64,000 nucleotides of DNA from Diadema antillarum. Lineage: Eukaryota. The notes below the pieces were generated by a model, which searched no databases, was not told where the DNA came from, and saw nothing but the letters and a program-made list of their open reading frames with translations. The first letter of the stretch is position 1. Each line of letters opens with the position of its first letter. Shown here in pieces: positions 50,901 through 62,520 of the stretch. The position numbers and the translations under genes are program-made. The stretch is from assembly GCF_040938485.1 (NCBI RefSeq), contig NW_027270942.1, positions 2,046,001 through 2,110,000 of the forward strand, read 5' to 3'.

Positions 50901-51299
50901 ATGCAAAGAATATTTAGCTTCATAGATAATGTTTTATTAACCACAGTAAGATGTATAATGTTCTCCTGTTGTGAGGGTAAAAAAAAGAGAATATACTAGC
51001 TCATATTACTTCTATTAAAAAAAAAAATGGATGTTAAATGTCAGTACTGCAATAAATGAGACATACCATGTATATTTACCCAACCTGTGTTCTGTTTTTG
51101 TGTCATAATTCCATTGGTGAGGAGAGTTTTGTGTATCAAAGAAAGGAGGGTGCTCCTCTGGAATGGATCAATTGCAGAGTTTCTGCCTCTGTGAAATCCG
51201 TCTGACTCGGGTGTGGATTTTTCATGTAACTTATATTTGCAGGTTGACATTTGAAATTAAGTGCATAGCAAGGAGCTCAGTAAAGCATGAGTCTACTAA

Positions 51300-51386
51300 C
51301 CCGTGGAGGAAGGACTGATTTTGCTACACAACACGCATTTCCCATAGACACCTGCCCGAGTATACTCAAGACTCGTCCTCAACGGG
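51300..51386 (-). mobile_element. ~85-bp TTAA MITE copy
   Basis: CTAA|CCCGTGGAGGA...GTCCTCAACGGG|TTAA; reverse orientation of the 42222 copy. Confidence 0.7.
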
Positions 51387-51572
51387 TTAAAATGTATAAT
51401 GATCTCACTCAGAAATGAACAATTGAAGTTGTTTTGACTATCACTAGAACACGAGTGATATACTATTTTTGTTTTTCCAGTTCTGTTGTCATTCACAACT
51501 AAAGCTCTTCTCAAGGATTATGGTTACAAGAATTTCGTCATGAATGATTGATGATCTTGTGGAAGTTGTTAA

Positions 51573-52334
51573 CCCTATTCTAACCGGTGGTTCAAATTGA
51601 CCCCCCTCGACATTTTGCGCCACGATTCTGTAATGCGCAAAGATTTTGCTGCGTCGTTTCATAACTTTTTTCATTGAAGTCTCCCGCATATTTTGAGACC
51701 AAATTTGCGACGACCGGGCACACTGTTCTGAAGTTACGTAATATTTTGCATGTGCATGTCAACCCAAAAACGGCTCAAATTCATGATATCGTGTGCAAAT
51801 CCAAGGCAAATTGTTTTTTTGTTGTTGTTGTTGATTTGACATAAATTAGATTATATCAACTTTAAATCATTGAAATTAATTAATTCTAATGTAGATAAGC
51901 TTGAAAGAGTGCCTGCAACAAATTTTGGAAAAAAATAGAAAACAAAAGGACGAAAAAACAATAAAATATATAAGAAATTAACAAAACAATAAAACACAAA
52001 AGAAATTGAATTTGATTGTGCTATTCTTTTACAAGAAAATTGTTAAATGTGTCTTGAGGAATTCTGACACAAAAAATTTAGCAATCCTTCAGTCTTTTTA
52101 GTGGACTTGCAGGTGAAAATATGATTTCATGCATAAATTTGCATAATTAATTTACTCAAAGTAGAAAATCAATATTTTGTGTATTGTATGACCGTGTAAT
52201 CTTGTAGTCGACATCCGGCTCTATTATGTTCAGGCAAAATTTTGCGGCAATCGCGCCATCAGCGGCCGAGATCTGAAGGGGGGGTCAAATTGACCCCCCT
52301 TAGTAAAAAACTTGGTCTCAAATAGCCCATAGGG
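51573..52334. mobile_element. piggyBac-like non-autonomous element, 762 bp
   Basis: TTAA|CCCTA...TAGGG|TTAA with internal GGTCAAATTGACCCCC palindromic subterminal motifs at both ends. Confidence 0.7.
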
Positions 52335-53387
52335 TTAATCCAGATTCCAAACCATTTCTAATTGAAAACAATAATACAGTAATAGTGATAATGGTGGTGA
52401 TGGTGATGATGATGATGATGATGATGATGTTGGCAATCATGATAATACATTAAGATGGAGAGTGATATACATGTATTTTAATCTTAGTGCAGCTGCTCAG
52501 GGTTATACTTGTTGCTGAACCCAGAGATGTCAAGATGGTGGGAAATCCATTTTCTGGATTTTGGGTGTGTGTGCATGTGTGTACATGTACACAATACACA
52601 TGGTGTATGTTTTGGGCATACTATTATATCTTTGTGAGGCACAAGAAAAAGCATGACAGGCGTGTGAGACTATTAAAAGAGAGACCAACCCCTGAGACTT
52701 GAGTCTCACGCCTGAGGTGTGAGACTTGACGCATATGGTTGAACCCCAAGTATGTCATCGTAAAGCGTCAGAAATCTTGTGTCTTGTATGTAGAGCTACT
52801 GATTTGGTAGTGGAATTTGAAGTCTCAGGGCTGCATTGAGATCATCTCAAAGAAAAGGGGGAAAAGGAAAGGAATGGAAGGAGAAAAAGAGAGGAAAAGA
52901 GGGCAGAGTGTAGGGGCTTGGAATGAAAAGTATAAGCCTACTATGAAAGAAGATTGTGTGTGAGCCATGGGTGTCATCATCAGATGTCAAAATAAAATAA
53001 TGATAATAATAATACATAGAAATTATAGTAATAAAAAAATAGAATAGTTATAAATACATGAACAATACTACTAGACACATACATGTAGATAGACAACATC
53101 TACTGTCAGAATTAAATTAAATTAAATTAGATTATTTGTGTCATCAGTTCATGGCAGCTCCGATACAGTATTTCTTCATCTCCCAGTGTAATCAAGGAGG
53201 TACTACGCGAGCTGCCTCCTTGGTGTAATCAGTCATGAACGAGCCCTATGCAAAAGGAGTCCTCATTTAATACAATTGTAATCTTTATCATCTACGTCAT
53301 CGTCAGCGGTTAACCTGGCGGATGACCAGATTGCGCTCTGCATGAAAGCACGCGCGGTCTGAAATACAGACTAGCCATGCATTAACA

Positions 53388-55121
53388 ATGGCAGCGCCCA
53401 TGGAAGACACCAACGTAACAAAACTTGGTCAACTGTGCATTCCTGGTAAGTGATAGAAAATACTCATTCTTAACGCAGAGTTGAAGTGAGACCTAGATTA
53501 ATTTTTTTGAACAATATTGTAGATGTATTTAAGTCAAGCCATGTCTTTTAACGCCTCCATGTTGCAGCAGTGTAGCCAAGCCATGCTCTTGTGTAGTCCG
53601 ACATACTGGATATTGTGTATGCAATTGCGTTCATCTTCATTTAATAACCCTAACTAGTAGCACTGTGTAGATCTAGATCTACTGAGAATATTTATGAATT
53701 AGAATTCGCTTGCTCTCATGATTAATGGCTATTAGTTTGTAGGATGCAATTCACACTGACTTTAAAATGATCAGTAAGATCAAGACTTGTGAGAACCAAG
53801 CAAGACTCAAAGAGGGAGGTTGGCTTTAATAGCTGGACCACTCTGGATAACATTTTTTTAACAAAATGATGGTTAATCTAGCTGGAACCCCCCTCTTCTA
53901 TAATTTATAAAATGACCACAAAGTGCATCACATCATATGTTAACTATACACAGCCCAGTCGCCGATGCGAGATGCCGGAGCACGCCGTCTGGTCGGGCTA
54001 TTAAAACGTGTGTGTTTGCCATGCACGTCCTCACTCAATCCCAATGTCAATTCTGAGCAGTTTGCATTCATTACCACTATCTGTAGTATCGCTTTGCATT
54101 TTAGTGCATTAGGTATGTACCGTTACAAACATTGTATGTCTTTGTTCCCCCTTGCAGAATTACGTGGCACTCTTTTCTTTTTTAAGGGATTATGGAAGTT
54201 TATTGCAGTCAATATCACTGTTCCCACTGTTCCCCCTCGCAGAATTGCTCTTTTTATATTACAATATGTATTTATGGAAGGTTATTACAGTCAATATCAC
54301 TGTGCTCTCAATGCATTTTACGAAATTGTAGGAGAGCGGCTTGCAGGTGAGAGTGAATATCACTCAGGTCCAGGCACATACATCAAGCATGGGCTCATCT
54401 ACTCTAGTCTGGCAGGACATGTGTGTACGAGACACAACACTGAACAGGAGGTGAGAAGTATGATTTAATCAACCGTAATTCTCTTGAGTGGCATCAGATA
54501 ATGAAATGATATGAAAAAAAAATATTGAAGGCTATAATTTTAAGATAAATTGATGATAATAGTCTTAAGTATCGTGCGTGTTCAAAGCACACCCCCCCCC
54601 CCCCCCCCGCAAGTAAATATCATTGGTCTGCATTTTGTGCAGTTTAGACATCTATATGCCAGCTACAATCTGAAATGCATATCCTACCCTACTCTTCCCA
54701 TTTTGTAGTTCATGCAGTGTCATATTACTTATTTGATTTCTAAAAACGGCATGTACGATTCAATTTAGAGTACAAGAATATTTGAATGTTTGGGGTTTTG
54801 TTGTACAGTACAGTATTTGTTGTTCATTCCACACNNNNNNNNNNNNNNNNNNNNNNNNNNNNNNNNNNNNNNNNNNNNNNNNNNNNNNNNNNNNNNNNNN
54901 NNNNNNNNNNNNNNNNNNNNNNNNNNNNNNNNNNNNNNNNNNNNNNNNNNNNNNNNNNNNNNNNNNNNNNNNNNNNNNNNNNNNNNNNNNNNNNNNNNNN
55001 NNNNNNNNNNNNNNNNNNNNNTTCTGTAATCCAGAATGCTTTCACTGTAACTGCCAGCAACAAACATGAAATATTTCATAATTTAGCACTCATATGAACT
55101 ATCACAACATTAATAACACAG

Positions 55122-55153
<32 letters not shown>

Positions 55154-58100
55154 GTCGGCAATACAAGTATCTTTTATACAAGAATACTTTATCCAAAAAA
55201 TTCAGCATTTAAATTACATTGTAGTTCAGTGGAGATCAGTACTCTCTCAGAAAAGAAAGAAATTATATGAAAAGAAGACATTTAGTTAGAATTGATAAAG
55301 AAATAAATCAGCACAGAAGTTGACTGATATATAAATGTAATAAAGATGGAAATGCATAATACCCTACACTCAAAATATCAAATAAATTGCCTTCATAATG
55401 CTTGAGGTACACTAGAACAGCTAATACAAGTAGATATGATTGAGGAGCATACTAACAGTGCTTGTTGTATCAATGCTTTCTGCTTTGTCTCCTGTAAATC
55501 TTTTGTTATTTTTGAGAGTTTTAGAAAAATCCCTTACCCGAGTTTGCTTTTCTAGCTTCCAGAGTTAACTGTTCTGCGAGAAGAAGTACAGACAACAGTT
55601 CCACAGCAGAATTCTTTAGTAACATGTAAGGTATGTACATCATCTTTCTCTTTCTTTCTCTTTATCTCTCTCTCTCTCTCTCTCTCTCTCGCAATTTATC
55701 TATTTATCTCTCTATTCATGTACTGATCTATTCATAATGTTTGTTTGTCCTTCTCTTTGAAAAACATTGGTCAAAACATTTGAAAATTGCATTAAAAAAG
55801 TAGTGAGAAAGGAAAAAGCAGAAGTACACAGTATTGAAGAGTACTGTTCCCCCCCCCCCCATGAAATTTTTGAGCATTTTCAAATCAAGTTGTTATGAAT
55901 CAAGGCATTTGATTTGAAAGTGGATGATAATTCTTGGATGTGTGTAAAATCTTTTTTTTTTTATGGTGCAGTTTTTTTTCTTTTGTCTTTTTAATCATAA
56001 ATTGTTTTATAGTTATGGTGCAATTAACATATTAGTGATCTTTGACCCAGGACCATCATATCATAACATTTGTTGAGAAAATTCAACCATAATTGGAATT
56101 CTCAGTCAATCTTGACTTTTTAGACCAATGCTTCTACACCTATTTTGCATCCATCAACCACAGGCTGTGAATATCACATCCAAGTTTTGCCGCTGTGACA
56201 TCCTTAGCGTGGAAGGCGTCCAGCTAACATCCACTTTTCGGGGAATGATTCGCAAAGAGGACATCCGGGCCACGGAGAAGGACAAAGTGGAAGTCCACAA
56301 GTCGTTCAGACCGGGAGACATCATTTTAGCCCGAGTTGTATCCTTTGCCATTTGAAATAATTAGGAAATATTATTGAGGGGGAATAATTTGAGGAAGAAT
56401 TAACCATTATCCCCAAGGTTCAATTCAACTTTTGAAAATTACGAGATGCATACAGAATATGTTTCATTGTCTGCAAGAATGCATGGAAAATGAACTTGCA
56501 ATAATACTCAGGTGAGTGCTAGACCCATTGGGTCTCTTGTTTTTTATTTGATGTGTCACAAGTAATCACATTACCCTGATAGAGTTACAGAAGCCACAGA
56601 AATGAAATAAAAAAGAATAGATTAAGATAGGCTGGAAAATAGGTAAATTGACCAAAAAACTAATAGTTGTGGAATACCAAAACAAAAGAATGTTATGAAA
56701 TTAAAAATTTGTTGCAGAAAAAGTTGTTGAAAACTGCTTATCCAATAGTGGTAAACCAATGGAGTGTAAAGTGAAGTCAAAAGGGGTGTGAGCTTTCAGT
56801 CCTAGGAGAATCTTGCCTCTGATGAAGATTCTGCAAGGATCGCAAGCTCCGGCCCCTTTTCAAAAAAAAAAAAAAATTGTACTCATATTATGAAGAATGT
56901 TGATATACCTGTAGTATTTTGAATTAATCTATAATGTTTAAATGCCTAATCTCATGCACTCATGACTGCATCTCACTTTGAAATTATTTTTTTTTTAGTA
57001 TGTTTGATATTACAACTTACTTTCTTACTGCTTGTGTTGTTATTTGTGTTTTATGAAAGTGGAACAATTTGAAATGCCTGAATTGGGAATTCCATGTTCA
57101 AAAACTTTTATCGCACTTTCTATTGTATCGAAGATATTTTCTGTGCAATATTTGGGGAAGTAAATACCTCATGGATCTGCTGAATATTTTGTGTATCATC
57201 ATTGTTATTGCCAAACAGACGAACAAACGTAAACAAAAAAAAAAAAAATTGAAAAATGGAATCCTCATATTGGAGGTTCATGTGTACCTAACAACTGTGA
57301 TTTGCAATTGAGCCCTCTTTGAAGGTGAAGTGGAAGTTTGGAGAGATGGTTTCACACTTACAACTTATTGGCCAGAAAGTTTTCTATTGCAATTTCAAAA
57401 AATTTGATAATCCTATTGTAACATACAGGGAATCCATACGAAGCTTGTGTATATTTCATTAGAAGGTGGTTCCTCACAAGTTCAGTGCAAACTTCAAGAA
57501 GATGTTTGAAGTCTTTAGTGAGTTATGAGTTACAGTTTTACAAATTTAAATCACAACATCAGCCTTGAAATTAAAATTGCTGAATTGTCTATCTGGACTA
57601 ATTGGTGTTGATGTATGAGGGCTTCTCATATTTTGACAAGATGAATTTTAAACATGACATACAAGTACACTCAGGGTGAGATAAACTTTTAAAATAGCTC
57701 TCCCACCAAAATACACAAACACAAAGGAAGGGGAATAGAAGAGGGGAAGGGAGTGAACTGCTTTGGTTACACTTTGTCCTCAATGACCTTTTGTCACCTT
57801 AACAAGTGGCCTCAGCTGTCTCTTGGGGATGCACAGTCGTACCTCCTGACTACGGCAGAGAATGAGCTGGGTGTTGTCTTGGCCAAAAGTGAAGCTGGTG
57901 AGTAGGGTACCTTAGTTGTTGCTATGCAGAGTGTGTTTCACAATTGCTGCAATTGGAAATCATGTCACAGTAATGCCAGCCTGCCATGAATGTAGTAGTG
58001 TCCATGTCCTGCTATGTGTACCGTGTGCAATCATGGGATAGCTGCTTGTCTGGTTGGATGTTTTGCACACAATCAAGCTTGAACTTTGTGAGGCAAGGCG

Positions 58101-58476
58101 TGGAATATAATATGATCACTGGTACATGTATCTTCTACACCACAATGTAATAATGGTCCAAAATTTCTGGCATTGTGTCTCAATGCATGCAGTGCACAAG
58201 TTGATGACTTTGTATTGGTGACTTTGGAGTACCAACCTAGCAACCTTGAACACCCTATTTATATTCTGAATGATTTATTTCAAAAGAGAACTACAGCATT
58301 TGTCCAGTTAGATAATGAAATGATTGGTTGTGTCTTTTTTATTGCATTTCCCCCTGTACCAAGGTGTTCCAATGATTCCAATCAGCTGGTGTGAAATGAT
58401 CTGTCCAAAGACTCACGACAAGCAGCCACGAAAAGTTGCCAAAGTGCAGCCTCAGTACATTGCTTACTCCAGCTAG
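53388..58476 (+). CDS. EXOSC1: Exosome complex component CSL4, 206 aa
   Basis: Exons 53388-53445, 54332-54450, 55556-55630, 56164-56337, 57816-57897, 58364-58476; 621 nt open frame. Peptides LCIPGERL, GPGTY, IYSSLAG, FRGMIRKEDIRATEKDKVEVHKSFRPGDIILARV, YLLTTAENELGVV, PISWCEMICPKT, RKVAKVQP match CSL4. Confidence 0.95.
54835..55021. other. Assembly gap (187 N)
   Basis: N run in EXOSC1 intron 2. Confidence 1.
56338..57815 (+). other. U12-type (minor spliceosome) GT-AG intron in EXOSC1
   Basis: 5' splice site GTATCCTTT (56338-56346); branch point CCTTAAC (57797-57803), 12 nt before the CAG acceptor; splicing restores ARV|LSLGDAQ. Confidence 0.9.
56815..56853 (+). ncRNA. Decayed minimal hammerhead motif
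   Basis: GCCT | CTGATGA (56819-25) A | GATTC-TGCAA-GGATC | GCAA (GAAA mutated) GC TC | CGGC. Confidence 0.4.
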
Positions 58477-59308
58477 CAAAGACCATTAGCAAAGACTGGC
58501 GTGAATAGAATGGACACCATGCAGCATCCAAGCAAGAGACTCAGTGGAGACATGGATGTGTACAGAGGACTTCTCGCGAGGGTTGTGTGCGCACGCATAT
58601 TCTTAGATATGTGCTTGGAATTGCCATTGAGATAATAATGGCACACCTGTCGCACTGATGGTACAGTGTAGCAACCTATGGTCCGCAGGAAGTTGGAGAG
58701 TAGGCTCGGCTTCCCTCGGCTCCACCCACCTCGCTGGACCAGTGTTGCAGGAAATTGTTTACTGCCGTTTATTACAAAGCAGTCGTAACCCTGTGCGCTA
58801 TTGTAATATTGCATGTGCCGCGCTTCCAGTAGATTCTCACTTGTTGCAGAGGATTTTGTCCTGGAGTGATGTACAAAATGTGGGAATCCCAATGTACTTC
58901 AGCGTAGACAAATGTATTATGCGTCGATGCCATACTCATTCAGTGTTGCCTCTCACCTTTTGAGGAATGTACGTTCTAAATGATTAAACCAACATTATGT
59001 GTTCCACATGGAAGCATGTCTATAACTGGGGACTTAAGCACCTGAAGTCAAGACTTTATTAGAACTCTGATGTTATATTCACCCTTGACGTGACCAGATA
59101 CAACACCCCGATTTTGAATTATCAGTGCCTGTCCCTTTCCTTAAGCTCAGATTCGGAGAGAAAAAGAAGATTCTCGACTATTAGATGGTCAACTCCTCAA
59201 TATGTTCAATTCTCACCCCACTTATCGAAATGAATACTGGAAATTCAAGCATGTGAGAGTACTTACTACTTTTGACAAAAAATAAAGAAGCTTTGAAGGT
59301 TTTCTTAA

Positions 59309-59392
59309 CCTGTTGAAGACTATTCCTGAGTATACTCGTGCAGTTGTCTGTGGGAATTGTGTGCTATAGCAAAATCAGCTCATCCTCAATGG
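59309..59392 (+). mobile_element. ~85-bp TTAA MITE copy (diverged)
   Basis: TTAA|CCTGTTGAAGAC...ATCCTCAATGG|TTAA. Confidence 0.65.
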
Positions 59393-59562
59393 TTAAGTGA
59401 AAGCCCACTGATTCACCCTCCATTATAAGTGACAAAAATAGGAAGATTGAGAGCTCCGTGACAACCCCCCTAAAAACAGCAACAACAACAACAACAACAA
59501 GCAAACAGACAAGCAAACAAACAAGCAAAAACAAGATCAGTCAAGTTGACCCCAAGTGCGTA

Positions 59563-59900
59563 TGTGACCCTGCATCACAAAACCAACAAAAAGTTGCCAG
59601 ACAAGGATTTTTACTGAAAAAACACACTCGAAGCTTTAAAATGATGTAAAGCTCAACTGAAATGGACTCTCCTATTGAAACCTATTGAAATATTGGAAAG
59701 AAAGCACACATTCTGGAAAAGTGTGACCCAAGAAAAGAGGCTCTGAAGTAGGGTTTATTCAAGCGCTTCTTCACCAAACCGTGCTAGCTGTGGGATGAAT
59801 GGGACAAAAAACAGGGTGTAAACCAGCGGAGTAACAACAATGAAGATATTATCAGATAAAGGTGAAATTGAGCATGTTTTACGAACACATTCTGTCCAAG
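59563..59900 (-). mobile_element. Partial copy of the E1/E2 TA-flanked transposon family
   Basis: TA|TGTGACCCTGCATCACAAAAC terminus, collinear with 40383-40730. Confidence 0.7.
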
Positions 59901-60002
59901 ATCATTGCCACGATGAACATGGAACAAATACCCAAGCTCTGACGCTTCGGAGCGTGGGTATTTGTTCCATGTTCCATGTTCATCGTGTCACTGCCGGCAA
60001 CC

Positions 60003-60065
60003 AGGGACAGCCTGGTGGTAGTGTCGCTGCCCGGAAAGCATTAGATGACAGGTTCGAGTCCCACT
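60003..60065 (+). mobile_element. tRNA-derived SINE head
   Basis: A-box-like TGGTGGTAGTG and perfect B box GGTTCGAGTCC (60051-60061); no complete cloverleaf. Confidence 0.45.
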
Positions 60066-61669
60066 GGTTCCTTTTTTCCGACATGTTTGTTAATTTACAG
60101 ATCAGCAGTTGCGATCTTAACAAATTTAATTTGTAGAGGGAGACGGTGAAGAAACTCACAACTGAACCTTCACCCCTCTGAATAATATCTTTCTGTCAAT
60201 GTTATCATTGTCAAATCATTTCTTGATATTGTCATTAAGGTTCTCATTGTCATTTTACTTGTCCTGTGTGCATGATAGTTTGACATAGCAAAAGTCAGTG
60301 TAAAAAACATACACAATATGTAGGCCTTTACAAGAATGCTGACAATTTAGCAAGGAAGTTTCTGTTGAATTTTATTTTTTCTGAGCATAGAGGGCCAAGT
60401 TGGTGCTCATAGATGTCCATTTTACTATGCTATAATATTTTACTGACACATACGTAATTCAGGCCACTAAAATCTTTGATATTTTGGTGGCTCAAAAGAG
60501 AGATGTGGAGTAGCCCAATATGAAAGGAAATGGTGGTTTTGTGGTGTAGGATCACGTGTATATTTAGTTATCTAAATATGTGTTACATGCAAAGCATTCC
60601 TAAAAATAACTGCATGATAATTGCGTAGTCACGCGCAAACACGTACTTCAGTAATGTCAATGATATCAGAATACCGAGACAAAAGTTAAAGAAGCACATT
60701 TTTTGCTTGGTGCCTCATGGAAACCCGGTTGCTATAGCACGTACACCTCCGACTACTGAAGAAACGAAAAGACGGGTTTCCCAAGCATTTCGTATTTCTT
60801 TTGAGTTTGTTTCCTATCAAAAGAGGGCGGGGGCAATCCAAATATTAAAAAAAAAAGAAGAAGAAAATTGTCTTGATCCAGCGGAGGCTCTCATAAATAT
60901 GACTGTGCTGTAGAGGTTAAAATATCATGTTTCTTTCCCCGATGACAAGCGAGTCCTCCTCGATGGAGCGATAAAAGTCACCGTCTCTGAAATGTCTCCT
61001 CAGAATAGAAGACGGAGAGCTAGTAGAGGGGGAGGGAGGTAAATCTTGGGCCGGAGACTTGCGCCAACGAATTCCCACTCCTGTCGTCCCATTCATAACG
61101 CAGTGATTTACGCACGTCGCCAATGTATTGGAGCGCGCGCGCATTCCCGGCGACGAGTCTTGCAGTCTTGTCTGCGGTAATGGTTGCATTGTGCATAATA
61201 TGCGCTTTCAATGGTTGACACTGCTGTACTGTCCGTCAGATGTGCTTGTTGCGCCGGTTACGAGAACCAATTGGCGTGTTTTACTACCACTACTTACAGC
61301 CAGTTTTGTTTATAAAGGCACTTGGTCAGGTTACCTCATTTGTCAATAAATGTCGACGCAAAGGTGGACGTTTATGAGCATGAATAAACTCAAAGGTTCA
61401 TGTATTGTGACTTTACGCTTTAGTTATTTACGTACGTTTAAATGTGTAATGTGTTCACCATCTCTACGCCGCAGGGACTACAATTTTATTCGTTCCCTCA
61501 CCATCCCCCCCCCCCCCCCCTTCCTCACATCCCTATTACAGACTAAACTGTGAAGCGTTCACACTCCCGAGAAACTTGAATGAGATGTCGCGATTACACA
61601 CCTAAATGCACATTTGGCCTGTACAACAAAACCAAACACTATATAATTACTTAGTATTTGAGTTTGGTA

Positions 61670-61870
61670 CAGTGCACCTCCGTTATAACGAACACCGTTA
61701 TAACGAAATTCCGGTTACAACGAAGTATAAATTCAGGCCGCAACAATATCCGCGCTATATTTCTTATTGTTTACTTGTTCGGTTTTAACGAAATTTCGAT
61801 ATACACTGTACACTGTATTAAGAAAGAAAACTACCGGTCCCGAGGAATTCGGTATAACGGGTGTCCACTG
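61670..61870. mobile_element. Tc1/mariner (pogo/Tigger-like) MITE
   Basis: TA|CAGTGCACCTCCGTTATAACG...TATAACGGGTGTCCACTG|TA. Confidence 0.75.
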
Positions 61871-62176
61871 TATTGTAAGTTTTCGTGTGTGTGTTTGTTT
61901 GTTTGTTTTTTAAGGAAAGGTAACTATTCTGATAGTAAAATTTGTGGTAAACATTGGAACGTTCATTCTCTTCATTACAAGCTGAAAGATTTGATTACGC
62001 GTTGTCTTGTTCTGTGGATCAATGTTGACTGCGATCGCATGTAAATCCGTTTGAAACGGGCATTGCATCGCATTTTAGAGTTAACATGATTTTTTTTTTC
62101 TTTAAAAAAAGTCGTTATAATCCCGACGCATAATGGCTAGCCAAGGGAACCGGGTTCATGAGTTGTTTGCTCTTAT

Positions 62177-62520
62177 AAAGGGCAATTTCGGACCAGATAC
62201 AAAATTAACCTGAAGAAGAAGAATGGATTTTATAAGCACAACAGTGACAATTTGTTCAAAATCGAATAAAACTTAAGGAAGTTATGAAACTGTGAAGTTT
62301 CGCTAATTTTTCAGACAGTTCTCGCGCAGTTGTTATGAATATGCAAATGAGTTGAGTTGATGTTATCACCTCACAATTATTGTCCGTCGATCGTGTGCAA
62401 AAAATCTGATGAAAATTCAATTTTCTGGGCACTGCAATTCCAGGTTGAATAACTTCAAAATAACGACAGCGGCATATACATACTTGCGTTTAAACAAACA
62501 AGTGGATATATGACTAATCA
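62177..62520 (+). mobile_element. Possible Kolobok-like fragment
   Basis: AAAGGGCAATTTC start with AAAATCG...AAGTTATG subterminal pattern similar to the 14358 element; no second TIR identified. Confidence 0.3.

Noticed and set aside
58473-58963. 139-aa (-) and 101-aa (+) ORFs immediately after the EXOSC1 stop
   Set aside because: No recognisable motif or convincing splice signals; most likely 3' UTR, although a convergent gene end cannot be fully excluded.
60003-60065. tRNA gene
   Set aside because: A and B boxes are present but the acceptor and anticodon stems do not pair; treated as a SINE head. The same applies to 44720-44797.
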